The notes under the pieces: model-generated
Databases searched by the model: none
What the model was told of the DNA's origin: nothing
Seen by the model: only the letters and a program-made list of their open reading frames with translations
Assembly (NCBI GenBank): GCA_050949905.1
Contig: JBMNGP010000038.1
Location: 10-64,009, forward strand
Direction: 5' to 3'
DNA from: Desulfitobacteriia bacterium
Lineage (GTDB): Bacteria; Bacillota; Desulfitobacteriia; Desulfitobacteriales; Syntrophobotulaceae
DNA length: 64,000 nucleotides
Translations under genes and position numbers: made by a program
Shown here: positions 54,550 to 64,000 of the stretch, one piece after another
Position numbering within the stretch: position 1 is the first letter of the stretch
How the letters are laid out: the number at the start of each line of letters is the position of its first letter

Positions 54550-54722
54550 AATACATAAATTCCTCCAAATAGTTAGAAAACTAACAATTAGAATACTGAC
54601 TTATTCTAATATCCAAGTCGGCAAACGTCAATAACTTAATGGCATTTAACGTACCGTTTATGTTTTGAATTTACTTGGACGGTAAATACTAGATAGAGAA
54701 TTTTATTGCAGGAGGGACATTC

Positions 54723-56459
54723 ATGGGAGGGATAAGTGGGCTGCTCGTTATTGTCCAGCTCGTTTTTGTCTTTGTAATTGGGATGTATTTTTGGACCATG
54801 CTCAAACAGCAGTATGCTTCCAGGTCGGCGATTGAAAAAGAGTCACAAAAACAAAAGGAAAAATTGGAACAAATGCGGAAAGTTTCCCTAACTATGCCGC
54901 TGGCGGAAAAGACCAGGCCGACTAAATTAACGGAAATCATCGGTCAACAGGAAGGAATCAAGGCTTTAAGAGCGGCTCTTTGCGGACCCAATCCCCAGCA
55001 TGTTCTTCTTTATGGACCTCCCGGCGTAGGTAAGACCGCTGCCGCCAGGCTGGTACTTGCTGAAGCTTATCAGAACCCCCTCTCGCCCTTTAAACCGGAG
55101 GCGAAATTTATTGAGATAGACGGCGCTACAGCCAGATTTGATGAACGGGGGATTGCCGATCCGGTAATCGGCTCGGTGCATGACCCTATTTATCAGGGGG
55201 CAGGGGCCATGGGGATGGCGGGAATACCTCAACCTAAAATGGGTGCCGTAACCAAAGCTCACGGTGGGGTATTATTTATTGATGAAATCGGGGAATTGCA
55301 TCCTATTCAAATTAATAAGCTCTTAAAAGTCCTGGAAGACCGGAAAGTAATCCTGGAAAGTGCTTACTACAGTTCGGAAGACACCAATATTCCCGAACAT
55401 ATCCATGATATTTTCCAAAACGGCCTGCCCGCTGATTTCCGCTTAATCGGGGCTACAACCAGAAGCCCGGAAGAGATCCCGCCGGCTGTGAGGTCCCGCT
55501 GCATGGAAATTTTCTTCCGGGCTTTACAACCGGAAGAGATAGCCGTTATTGCCCTCAATTCCGCCGAAAAAATTAATATGAAGATTTCGGCAGGTGCCCT
55601 GGAGGTGATCAAAAAATATGCCACCAACGGCCGGGAAGCGGTTAATATCATCCAACTGGCGGGAGGGGTGGCGCAGAATGAAGGGCATATGGAGATCGAT
55701 GAAGAAATAATCGAATGGGTCGTAACCACAGGCCAATATGCCCCAAGGCCGGAGAAAAAGATTCCGCCAATCCCCCAGGTTGGTTTGGTAAATGGCTTAG
55801 CGGTTTATGGGGCTAATCTGGGAATGCTTTTGGAGATTGAAGTTACAGCTTATCCTTCCCGGGAACGCAAGGGAGACCTGCATGTAACAGGGATTGTGGA
55901 AGAAGAAGAGTCCGGTCACGCCGGTAAGAAGATTAGGCGCAAGAGCATGGCTCGTTCTTCCTTGGAGAATGTACTTACTGTCCTGCGCAGGGAGCTTAAG
56001 ATCGAGCCCCGTCATTATGATATCCATGTCAATTTCCCCGGCGGGATTCCCTTAGATGGACCGTCGGCTGGAATCGCTATGGCTACAGCTGTTTACTCGG
56101 CAATAAAAAAACTCAAAGTTGATAATACTGTAGCTATGACGGGTGAATTATCAATCCGGGGAAAAGTTAAGCCTGTCGGCGGAGTGGCGGCTAAGGTCGA
56201 AGCTGCCGCCCAAGCCGGATGCAAAAAGGTCTTTATCCCCAAAGAAAACTGGCAGGCTCGTTATGCCCATCTGGATATAGGAATTGAAATTATCCCGGTT
56301 GAAACTTTGGAAGAAGTCCTCAGTGCCGTTTTGCTGCCGGCAATGTCCAGGGAAACTGTCGAAGTAAACTTAGCAGAAAAGGAAACTTCGTTGCATAAAG
56401 TTTTAAAAGGGATAAAACTCCCGGTAGCTAATTTGCCTGAACAGGGCAAAACATGTTAA
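54723..56459 (+). CDS. lonB: Sporulation protease LonB
   Basis: An N-terminal TM segment is present. The AAA+ Walker A is GPPGVGKT, and the Lon protease domain contains DGPSAGIAMATAVYSA. Confidence 0.9.
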   Translation: MGGISGLLVIVQLVFVFVIGMYFWTMLKQQYASRSAIEKESQKQKEKLEQMRKVSLTMPLAEKTRPTKLTEIIGQQEGIKALRAALCGPNPQHVLLYGPPGVGKTAAARLVLAEAYQNPLSPFKPEAKFIEIDGATARFDERGIADPVIGSVHDPIYQGAGAMGMAGIPQPKMGAVTKAHGGVLFIDEIGELHPIQINKLLKVLEDRKVILESAYYSSEDTNIPEHIHDIFQNGLPADFRLIGATTRSPEEIPPAVRSRCMEIFFRALQPEEIAVIALNSAEKINMKISAGALEVIKKYATNGREAVNIIQLAGGVAQNEGHMEIDEEIIEWVVTTGQYAPRPEKKIPPIPQVGLVNGLAVYGANLGMLLEIEVTAYPSRERKGDLHVTGIVEEEESGHAGKKIRRKSMARSSLENVLTVLRRELKIEPRHYDIHVNFPGGIPLDGPSAGIAMATAVYSAIKKLKVDNTVAMTGELSIRGKVKPVGGVAAKVEAAAQAGCKKVFIPKENWQARYAHLDIGIEIIPVETLEEVLSAVLLPAMSRETVEVNLAEKETSLHKVLKGIKLPVANLPEQGKTC

Positions 56460-56499
56460 AATATACCACTGACAAGTCTTTTGAGGGGAGCTAACAAAT

Positions 56500-58884
56500 A
56501 TGTTTGAACGCGAAATTCCGATCCTTCCACTTAGAGGAATCCTTGTCTTTCCTTATATGGTTACCCATCTGGATGTAGGTAGGGAACGATCCATAGCCGC
56601 TGTGGAAGAAGCGATGCTTAAAGATCGTCAAATTCTCCTGCTGTCCCAAAAAGAAATGGAAACCGACAGCCCTACAGCCGATGACCTTTATACTGTGGGT
56701 ACTATTGCTGATATCAAACAACTGCTGCGCCTTCCGGGAGGAACTTTAAGAGTTCTGGTCGAAGGGATCTGCCGGGGCAATGTCCTCGAGTTCCTGGCGG
56801 AAGAACCTTATTTTAAAGCTAAAGTAGAGAAAATTATCAGCAAAGAACGTCTAACACCCCCAATAGAAAATATGTTGAGGACTCTTACGCACCAATTCGA
56901 GGAGTATGCCCGTTTGGGGAAAAAAGTATCCCCGGAAACCATCGGCACCATTCTTTCCATTAAGGAACCAAGCCGGATGGCAGACTTGATTGCCTCTCAC
57001 TTATCTCTCAAAGTTGAGGATAAACAGGCAGTGCTGGCAGCCCTGGATTTAAATGAACGCCTGGAAAAATTAACTGAGCTTATTATGCGGGAAATTGAGA
57101 TCCTGGAATTGGAGAGGCGCATTGGGCTCAGAGTCCGCAAGCAAATGGAAAAAGCCCAGAAAGAGTATTATCTGCGCGAACAAATGAAAGCTATTCAAAA
57201 AGAGCTGGGCGATAAAGATGAAAAACAAGCCGAAATAGATGAGTATAAAGAAAAAATCGAGAAGGCCAAGCTGCCCAAAGAAGCTAAGGAAAGAGCCTTA
57301 AAAGAACTGGATCGGCTGGAAAAAATGCCCCAGGCTTCGGCCGAAGGAACGGTGGTCAGGACTTATCTGGATTGGATCTTAGCTTTGCCCTGGTCTAAGG
57401 CCAGCAAGGACAAGATTGATTTGGTTAAGGCCGAAAAAATCCTGGAAGAAGATCACTATGGGCTGGAAAAAATTAAAGAGAGAATTATCGAATTTCTTTC
57501 CATCCGCAAACTGGCTGCGGATATCCGCAGCCCTATCCTGTGTTTTATTGGCCCTCCCGGGGTAGGTAAAACATCCCTGGCTAAATCCATAGCCAGATCC
57601 ATGGACCGTAAGTTTGTGCGCGTGTCTTTGGGAGGTATCAGGGATGAAGCCGAGATCAGGGGCCATCGCCGGACTTATATCGGGGCTTTGCCGGGCAGAA
57701 TCTTGCAGGGAATTCGCAAAGCCGGTACCAGAAACCCCGTCTTTCTCTTGGACGAGATCGATAAAATGGCTGCGGATTTTCGGGGGGATCCCGCTTCAGC
57801 GTTACTGGAAGTACTTGATCCGGAGCAAAACTTTAATTTCTCCGATCATTATCTGGAGATACCCTTTGATCTCTCCAAAGTAATGTTTATCATGACTGCC
57901 AATTATGTGGAGAATATTCCCAGGCCGCTCTTAGACCGGATGGAAGTTATTGATTTAAGCGGTTATACCGAGGATGAAAAAGTCAATATCGCCATCCGCC
58001 ATCTGATACCCAAACAGCTTAAAAATCACGGTTTAGGCGAGGAACAGGTCAAGTTTGACCCGGAAGGAGTCTTAAAGGTTGTCCGCGGTTATACGCGGGA
58101 GTCCGGTGTCCGTAACCTGGAAAGAGAAATAGCCAATGTCCTGCGCAAAGTAGCGGTTAAGATTGTCAAAGGAGATTGGCAGCCTAAGACCCTGAAAGAC
58201 GAAGATATTGAAGAACTCTTAGGCGCTCCCAGGTATTACTACGAGAAAGTTGGTCTTGTGCCGGAAATAGGGGCGGCGGTTGGGCTGGCCTATACCCAGG
58301 TGGGGGGCGATGTCCTGACGATTGAGGTTACCCCTTTGGCCGGCAAAGGGAAGCTGATCTTAACAGGCAAATTAGGGGATGTGATGAAAGAGTCCGCCCA
58401 GGCGGGTCTGACTTTTGTCCGTTCGCATGCCCAGGCTCTGGGCATCAGGGAAGACTTTTATGAGCAAGTTGACCTGCATATCCATGTACCGGAAGGAGCT
58501 GTGCCCAAAGACGGCCCCTCCGCCGGGATAACCATGGCCACCGCCATGGCTTCAGCGCTCTCTACCCGGGGGGTTCGCCAGGATGTGGCCATGACCGGGG
58601 AGATAACCTTAAGGGGCAATGTTTTGCCTATCGGCGGTGTTAAAGAGAAAGTGCTGGCTGCTCACCGGGCAGGGATTAAAACAGTCATCCTGCCGGATAA
58701 AAACCGCAAGGATTTAGAGGAGATACCGGAAGAAATTCGTAAGGATTTGGAATTCCGCTTTGTGAAGCGCATGGAAGAAGTTGTCGATATTGCCCTCCTG
58801 CCGGTTTCGAGCAGCGACGAAGGGTTTATACCCCGGCTGCCTGTATATTCTGAAGTCCAGCAACCGGAGAACAGGCCGCTGTAA
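56500..58884 (+). CDS. lon: ATP-dependent protease Lon (LonA)
   Basis: It has the Lon N-domain, Walker [10 protein letters not shown], and the catalytic region [19 protein letters not shown]. Confidence 0.97.
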   Translation: MFEREIPILPLRGILVFPYMVTHLDVGRERSIAAVEEAMLKDRQILLLSQKEMETDSPTADDLYTVGTIADIKQLLRLPGGTLRVLVEGICRGNVLEFLAEEPYFKAKVEKIISKERLTPPIENMLRTLTHQFEEYARLGKKVSPETIGTILSIKEPSRMADLIASHLSLKVEDKQAVLAALDLNERLEKLTELIMREIEILELERRIGLRVRKQMEKAQKEYYLREQMKAIQKELGDKDEKQAEIDEYKEKIEKAKLPKEAKERALKELDRLEKMPQASAEGTVVRTYLDWILALPWSKASKDKIDLVKAEKILEEDHYGLEKIKERIIEFLSIRKLAADIRSPILCFIGPPGVGKTSLAKSIARSMDRKFVRVSLGGIRDEAEIRGHRRTYIGALPGRILQGIRKAGTRNPVFLLDEIDKMAADFRGDPASALLEVLDPEQNFNFSDHYLEIPFDLSKVMFIMTANYVENIPRPLLDRMEVIDLSGYTEDEKVNIAIRHLIPKQLKNHGLGEEQVKFDPEGVLKVVRGYTRESGVRNLEREIANVLRKVAVKIVKGDWQPKTLKDEDIEELLGAPRYYYEKVGLVPEIGAAVGLAYTQVGGDVLTIEVTPLAGKGKLILTGKLGDVMKESAQAGLTFVRSHAQALGIREDFYEQVDLHIHVPEGAVPKDGPSAGITMATAMASALSTRGVRQDVAMTGEITLRGNVLPIGGVKEKVLAAHRAGIKTVILPDKNRKDLEEIPEEIRKDLEFRFVKRMEEVVDIALLPVSSSDEGFIPRLPVYSEVQQPENRPL

Positions 58885-59223
58885 GGTGGAGTGGCTTCCT
58901 TATGACTAGGACCTTAACTACGACAAAGAATGAGACGGAGTTCTCTAGAGCCTTGTACGGCTTCTTGCCAGAGGGCTACGCTTGGCCAAGGCGAGGGCCA
59001 AATAAGGCTTTGACAACAGTATATAAAAAAGTGCACAAGGGTGTCCGGCCGCTAGAACTTTTTGCAATATTTATTATCTTTATCCTAATATCCTGGGTAG
59101 AAATATTTGATCCTTCGGGTATTGACCACAGACCAAGGATAACAAAAACAGGGGTTTCCATAGCAATGACAGTTTGTATAGAAAACTCTGTTAACTTATA
59201 TAGTTAAGCGGCTTGGCATTAGA

Positions 59224-59856
59224 TTGTGTTTCGAGGTGACTTTTCCCGTGTTTTTTCGTAAAACAGAATATATTATTTCTGCAGTTAAACCTGAGCAGTA
59301 TCCCGAGCCCAATAGACCGGAGCTGGCTGTTTCCGGTCGTTCTAATGTAGGGAAGTCTTCCCTGATTAATAAATTTGCTAACCGCAAAAACTTGGCGAAA
59401 GTCGGTAAAACTCCCGGCAAGACCCAAACTATTAATTTCTTTAATATCAATGATGAGTGGTATTTGGTTGATTTGCCGGGTTATGGCTACGCGAAAGTAT
59501 CGCAACAGATGAAAGCCCAGTGGGGAAAGATGATGCAGACCTATTTCCGCAGTCGGGAAAACCTGCAAGGGGTTATCCAACTGGTCGATATCCGTCACAA
59601 ACCCACCGCTGACGATAAGTTGATGGTCAGGATGCTTTGGGAAAATGAGATTCCGGCTTTGATAGTTGCGACTAAAGCCGATAAAGTGGCCAGAGGACAG
59701 CGTCCCAAATATCTAAAAATAATTGCTGAGGAGTTAAATCTTCAGAACTGGCAGGACATCATCCCTTTTTCAGCGGAGGATGGCACTGGCCTGCAGGAGC
59801 TGCATCAGGCCGTGGAGCATATTATTTCGGGCAGTGAGCCTGCAGAGCTGCAATAA
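59224..59856 (+). CDS. engB: Ribosome biogenesis GTPase EngB/YsxC (start codon uncertain)
   Basis: ISAVKPEQYPE is present. The G1 motif is GRSNVGKSSLIN, DLPGYGY is present, and the TKADK motif is G4. Confidence 0.92.
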   Translation: MCFEVTFPVFFRKTEYIISAVKPEQYPEPNRPELAVSGRSNVGKSSLINKFANRKNLAKVGKTPGKTQTINFFNINDEWYLVDLPGYGYAKVSQQMKAQWGKMMQTYFRSRENLQGVIQLVDIRHKPTADDKLMVRMLWENEIPALIVATKADKVARGQRPKYLKIIAEELNLQNWQDIIPFSAEDGTGLQELHQAVEHIISGSEPAELQ

Positions 59857-60054
59857 CCGATTTGCAAAACAAAAGGCTATCATAAGGCCTTAGCGAATGT
59901 CCTGTGTGAAGGATGTCATTCTGAGTGAAACGAAGAATCTATCAAGAAGATTACTTCTCCAACGAGAAGGTTAGCTTTTAGGCTTACAAGTATGTATTGA
60001 TTATCTGGTTTAATCCATATAGTCTAGAAAAGTGCACCCGGAGGTGAGAAATAA

Positions 60055-60549
60055 TTGTCTCAAATTGATGAAACCAAGCAGGCCGAGGATTATAGCGAGT
60101 TAATCGCCCTGATGGCGCAGGTTTTTCCGGGCTATGAAAGTTTTGCTCCGGATTCGGTTACCCCTTCCATTACCGGGCAGGGATCACTTGTCTCTTATCT
60201 GGTTGTTTGCAATGATGAGGCTGCCCGGGACTTTCGGGAGCAGGAAGAGATTGCGGCGGTGGTTGTGCCCAGCGTACAGCCCAGCAGAAAAGGCCAGGGG
60301 CAGGATCTTGTCCTCAGGCTGGAGTTTTCTTTTCCTTGGTTCAGCTTGCAATTTTTTACCGCTGTCGAAGGGGAAAATAGTGAGCAGCAAAAAGAATTTG
60401 CCCGAATTTTAACTGCTGTTGATTTTTTTATCATTTGGGTGGTAGATAAAGATAAGAACCTGCTGAAAGTACTGCAGGTCAAATGGGAAAAAGAAAAGTA
60501 TCTGGATGTTTTAAATAAAATCCAGGGCGCAGAAACTTCAGCAACCTAA
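60055..60549 (+). CDS. Hypothetical protein
   Basis: The RBS GGAGGTG lies 8 nt upstream of the TTG start. The product is 164 aa. I recognise no motif. Confidence 0.5.
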   Translation: MSQIDETKQAEDYSELIALMAQVFPGYESFAPDSVTPSITGQGSLVSYLVVCNDEAARDFREQEEIAAVVVPSVQPSRKGQGQDLVLRLEFSFPWFSLQFFTAVEGENSEQQKEFARILTAVDFFIIWVVDKDKNLLKVLQVKWEKEKYLDVLNKIQGAETSAT

Positions 60550-60748
60550 CCCCAAGCAACCCAAGATAGGAGAATTTACAATTGGGACGGGGAAAAGGAA
60601 GCAGGCAGATCGGTTATCAAAACAAATCAGTATAAAATTATTAAAGTGTAAGATACATAAAAAAGGATAATAATAACACCTGCCAAACAATAATATCTTG
60701 AAGGGTTCAAGCTTATACTATTACGGAGAAATAGTAGGAGAGAAGAAC

Positions 60749-61741
60749 TTGAAAGATATTATTTTATTAATTTTGAGTTTAGTGATTATCCTGGCCGGCG
60801 CCGAAATTTTCACCAATGGCGTGGAATGGCTGGGCAAGAGACTAAAACTGGGAGAAGGGGCAGTTGGAAGCATTTTGGCTGCAGTAGGGACTGCCTTACC
60901 GGAAACATTGGTGCCGGTAATCGCGATTTTATTTCCCAGAGGGGAAGGCGGCCAAGAAGTAGGGATCGGGGCAATCCTTGGTGCTCCGTTTATGCTCGGG
61001 ACATTAGCTTTTTTTGTAGTTGGGCTTATGGCCTTTTTCTTCAGACATAGTAACAAACCGATGCATATTAACCCCAGAATTTTACTGAGGGATCTGCGCT
61101 TTTTTATGTTGGTTTATTTTTTGGCTATCTTTGCTTCCTTCCTACCTATCCACTCCTGGAAACTGATAGTTTGTGTGGTCTTGGTGGGGGCTTATGTCAT
61201 TTATGTTTTGCAAACGCTTAAGTCCAGTCAGGGAGAAGCTAATGCCCATGAGGAGTTATCCCCTTGTTATTTTGCGCGAGGTTCTAGGAAACCTCCGCTC
61301 AAAGTTATTTACAGTCAAATCCTCACAGCCCTATTAATCATTGTTGTAGGCGCAGAAATATTCGTCGGGTCTGTCCAGACAGTAGCTTTGGCCTTAGGAG
61401 TTCCGGTTTTTGTCCTGGCGCTGATCATTACGCCGGTAGCTACGGAACTGCCGGAAAAGTTCAATAGCATTATCTGGGTGCGCAAGGGCAAAGATACTCT
61501 GGCTATGGGTAATATTACCGGGGCAATGGTTTTTCAGAGTTCAGTCATTCCGGCTTTGGGTATTGCCCTTACTCCTTGGAAACTGGAACCTTTGGCTTTG
61601 GCCAGTGCCCTGCTGGTTTTAGTTTCGGTGGGTCTGCAGTATTATTATCTGTTAAGAAATAAAACACTCTTCCCAGCCGGTCTCTTGTTAGGAGGAGTGT
61701 TCTATGCGGTGTTTATTATAATGGTGGTAATTGGCAGCTAA
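60749..61741 (+). CDS. Sodium/calcium exchanger (CaCA) family membrane protein
   Basis: Two alpha-repeat-like regions are present (GSILAAVGTALPE and ITPVATELPEKF). TTG 60749 after the RBS AGGAGAG is preferred over the track start at 60698. Confidence 0.8.
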   Translation: MKDIILLILSLVIILAGAEIFTNGVEWLGKRLKLGEGAVGSILAAVGTALPETLVPVIAILFPRGEGGQEVGIGAILGAPFMLGTLAFFVVGLMAFFFRHSNKPMHINPRILLRDLRFFMLVYFLAIFASFLPIHSWKLIVCVVLVGAYVIYVLQTLKSSQGEANAHEELSPCYFARGSRKPPLKVIYSQILTALLIIVVGAEIFVGSVQTVALALGVPVFVLALIITPVATELPEKFNSIIWVRKGKDTLAMGNITGAMVFQSSVIPALGIALTPWKLEPLALASALLVLVSVGLQYYYLLRNKTLFPAGLLLGGVFYAVFIIMVVIGS

Positions 61742-62698
61742 GCCTCTGCTTTCGAGGGAGCTGATTCATGAGATTTTACCGCTGTCTGGGGTTCCGGCAG
61801 CGCTGATTTTTTGATGCTGCTCAGTTCTGCCAGCAAGATACCTGCTAAAACCAAGGCGGCACCGAAGTATCCTCTTAAGCTTAATAGTTCACCGGCTAAA
61901 AGGAAAGCGAAAACCGCGGCGAATACCGGCTCGGCGGCAAAAATTATAGCCGTATGCGAGGCGGAGGTAAACTGCTGCATCTTGGTCTGGATAAGAAAGG
62001 CAAGGGATGTACAGAAGACGGCCGTGATAATCAGGCCGAACCAAACATACCCGGTAAAAGCGAACTGAGGCTGAGGGATTATTAATGTACAAACCCCGTT
62101 TAAAACGGAGACCATCAGGAGTTGAAAGGCGGTCAGCACTGTGGCATCAAGCCCTGGAGCAAACCGGCCTACGAAAAAAATATGCAGGGCATAAAATAAG
62201 GCACAGATCAGTACTATTGCGTCACCGTTATTAACCGAAAAATTGTCGCCGATAGAGAGTAAGGCTAAGCCCAAAGTAGCGGTCAAAGCCCCGGCTAAGA
62301 TGGCTTTAGGAGGAAATTTTCTTTGGTGTAAGGCTACAAGCAGAGGAACGATTACAATATTTAAACCGGTAATAAACCCGGCATTGGAAGCAGTGGTATA
62401 TTGCAGGCCTATTGTCTGTGTGGCATAGCCTACAAAGAGGAAAAAACCGAGCAGCAGGCCTTTAACCGCTGTTTCTTTGTTTATAGCCTCGCCTTTTAAG
62501 CCATAAGAAAGGGGCTAGGGTTAGAAAAGCCAAAGCAAAACGGATAGCCAGAAAGGGAAAGGGCGGTAAGTCTTCAATAGCTGTTTTGACAATGGTAAAA
62601 GTTGCCCCCCAGCCTAAAGCTACCAGCAAGAGGGAAAAATCGGCCAAAAGCGGTGAAATGTTATTGGTTTTAGGTATTTGGTTCGGATTGGAGTGCAT
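61738..62698 (-). pseudogene. EamA/DMT-family transporter split by a single frameshift within 62462-62514
   Basis: The N-terminal ORF (62462-62698) and the C-terminal frame, open from 62514 down to 61738, overlap. The C-terminal frame reads GLLLGFFLFVGYATQTIGLQYTTASNAGFITGLNIVIVPLL, typical of EamA. Together they give about 318 aa. Confidence 0.75.
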
Positions 62699-62892
62699 GA
62701 TGTTCCTCCAGGTTTAGTTCCAAAAAGGATTTATAATTTTAGCTAACAATTAGTAAGTTTACGCTACCTAAATTTTTTGTCAAGGGAAAAAAAGTACTTT
62801 AAAAAGTTGGCCAAAATTAAAAAAAGACGAATAATGCTTGCTCAACCTTAAATATAAATATAGAAAATGATCAGTATTGGAGTGATTAAAAA

Positions 62893-63543
62893 ATGGGTAC
62901 AAGCATTCTCAAGGGTATTACTACCGGCCTTTTGGTAACGGTACTTACCCTTTTAGCCGTCTTAGTAACCACCCTCGCCGGGTTTGCGGAAAATATCATT
63001 TCCTATTTGGTGGACTTTGGGCTGTTATTAAGCTGTTTAGCAGCTGGCTATAGAGCGAGCAGAACTTCGGGAAGAATCTTGCCGGCAGGCTTGGCCTCCG
63101 GTGGCTATGCGGTAGTGGGGGTTCTGCTCCTAGCGCTTTATTTTCCGATAGATAACCTTGGCGCTGTGAAAATTATCTCGGAAGGCATTGGCTTAGGCTT
63201 ATTGGCGGGAGTTCTGGGAACAGGAATTCTTAGCTCGGAACCGGACCCTTATGACCGGTTGGATGCGGGTCATTTTCCCCGCAGGGAAAACGTCTATGAT
63301 CGTCAAGACATTTACCAGGTGCTTCGAGCTGATGCTAGGGAAAGGCCGAATGTGGCTTCTGTCAGCTACCGGCAGCAGGATATGCCGGAGTTTATTGCGG
63401 AGACAAGCCCATTTGAAAGTGATAAGGATGTAGCACGAACTAAGATTTACGAGCTCTGCAACCGTGGCCGGGAGAGAAGTGAGGAAGAAGATGCTTTTGA
63501 TTGGTGGCAGACTGAAGCCAGAAGACAGTTAAAAAGCAGATAA
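62893..63543 (+). CDS. TIGR04086/YrzE-like membrane protein with a charged C-terminal extension
   Basis: Four TM segments in the first ~110 aa fit the pattern of small sporeformer membrane proteins. The family call is from memory. Confidence 0.55.
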   Translation: MGTSILKGITTGLLVTVLTLLAVLVTTLAGFAENIISYLVDFGLLLSCLAAGYRASRTSGRILPAGLASGGYAVVGVLLLALYFPIDNLGAVKIISEGIGLGLLAGVLGTGILSSEPDPYDRLDAGHFPRRENVYDRQDIYQVLRADARERPNVASVSYRQQDMPEFIAETSPFESDKDVARTKIYELCNRGRERSEEEDAFDWWQTEARRQLKSR

Positions 63544-63722
63544 CCCTTAGTAAGCTTATGATCTTTTAGGTAAGAATCCTAAAATCCACGAACACTAAAA
63601 GAATACAGCCTCAGGGATAAGGCAATAATAAGGCCAAATCCAAATATTAGTAATCCTAAAAAGCAGACGGAACTGAAAAACAGAAATCGCCGAAAATAGA
63701 AATCCAAGAAATAGGAGCTGCT

Positions 63723-64000
63723 ATGCCAAGACGGGAAAAATACGTTTTATTTTTTTTGCTTTTGCTTTTAACCCTTCTGAGGCTTTATCATCTTAATACC
63801 CCTCCTTGGGAGATTGAAGAAAGCTGGCGGCAGGCCGATACGGAATCCATAGCCTGGAATTTTGTCAGTTATGAGGCTAACCCTTTGCATCCCCATCTTA
63901 ATTATGACGGCCCTTTTCCCAATATTCCGGCCCTTGAACTGCAAATCACTACCTATTTGATTGCTATCCTTTATAAGTTGTTTGGTCATCATTATTTTTT
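63723..64000 (+). CDS. Glycosyltransferase family 39 / ArnT-like membrane protein, 3' end outside the window
   Basis: The RBS AGGAG precedes ATG 63723. The sequence MPRREKYVLFFLLLLLTLLRLYHLNTPPWEIEESWRQADTESIAWNF fits the PMT_2-like N-terminus. The frame is open to the window end and is not in the ORF track. Confidence 0.5.
   Translation, partial: MPRREKYVLFFLLLLLTLLRLYHLNTPPWEIEESWRQADTESIAWNFVSYEANPLHPHLNYDGPFPNIPALELQITTYLIAILYKLFGHHYF

Noticed and set aside
58902-59207. A 101-aa ORF in the lon-engB spacer.
   Set aside because: It has no recognisable motif, odd composition and only a distant weak RBS. It is kept only as part of a low-interest note on the long spacer.

Overview
This 64-kb chromosomal window comes from an endospore-forming Firmicute, judged from gene content (spoIIR, gerM, lonB, a sleB-like hydrolase, a ytvI-like permease, splB); the taxon cannot be confirmed without a database search. 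Most of the window is ordinary housekeeping DNA. It carries the Bacillus-like block tig-clpX...lonB-lon-engB, rph-rdgB, split class I fumarate hydratase, five tRNAs, and an IclR-linked cluster of split transketolase, a beta-hydroxyacid dehydrogenase and GlcF/E/D-like oxidase subunits. Three regions are clearly accessory or unusual. (1) Region 1-10140 holds a giant surface-protein gene with nucleotide-identical 537-bp tandem repeats that appears frameshift-split from a BspA-type LRR domain. It also holds a spore photoproduct lyase gene killed by an IS21-family insertion (5-bp target duplication AATTG) plus an extra nonsense codon, an MNT/HepT toxin-antitoxin pair, and a 14-aa-repeat coiled-coil gene flanked by about 150-185-bp direct repeats. 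(2) Region 31570-34410 is a tRNA-Pro/Arg/His cluster. The 3' ends of tRNA-Pro and tRNA-His, from the T-loop to CCA, are re-duplicated downstream in homologous, highly structured mini-units (118-bp and 157-bp periods). Each unit carries an inverted copy of the tRNA T-arm. The His array is interrupted by a class-IIC-like group II intron sitting just after a terminator hairpin. This is the most unusual signal in the window. (3) A REP-like palindrome, GTGGGACAAGGGGACGGTTCTCCTGTCCCAC, sits directly 3' of five unrelated genes, always in the same orientation relative to the upstream gene. Smaller observations include an unannotated 57-aa Arc-type RHH gene behind an SPFH gene, a frameshifted EamA transporter, GTGAAAC operator-like boxes, and several short intergenic direct-repeat sets. 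All calls rest on reading the sequence and the ORF translations. No database search was possible.
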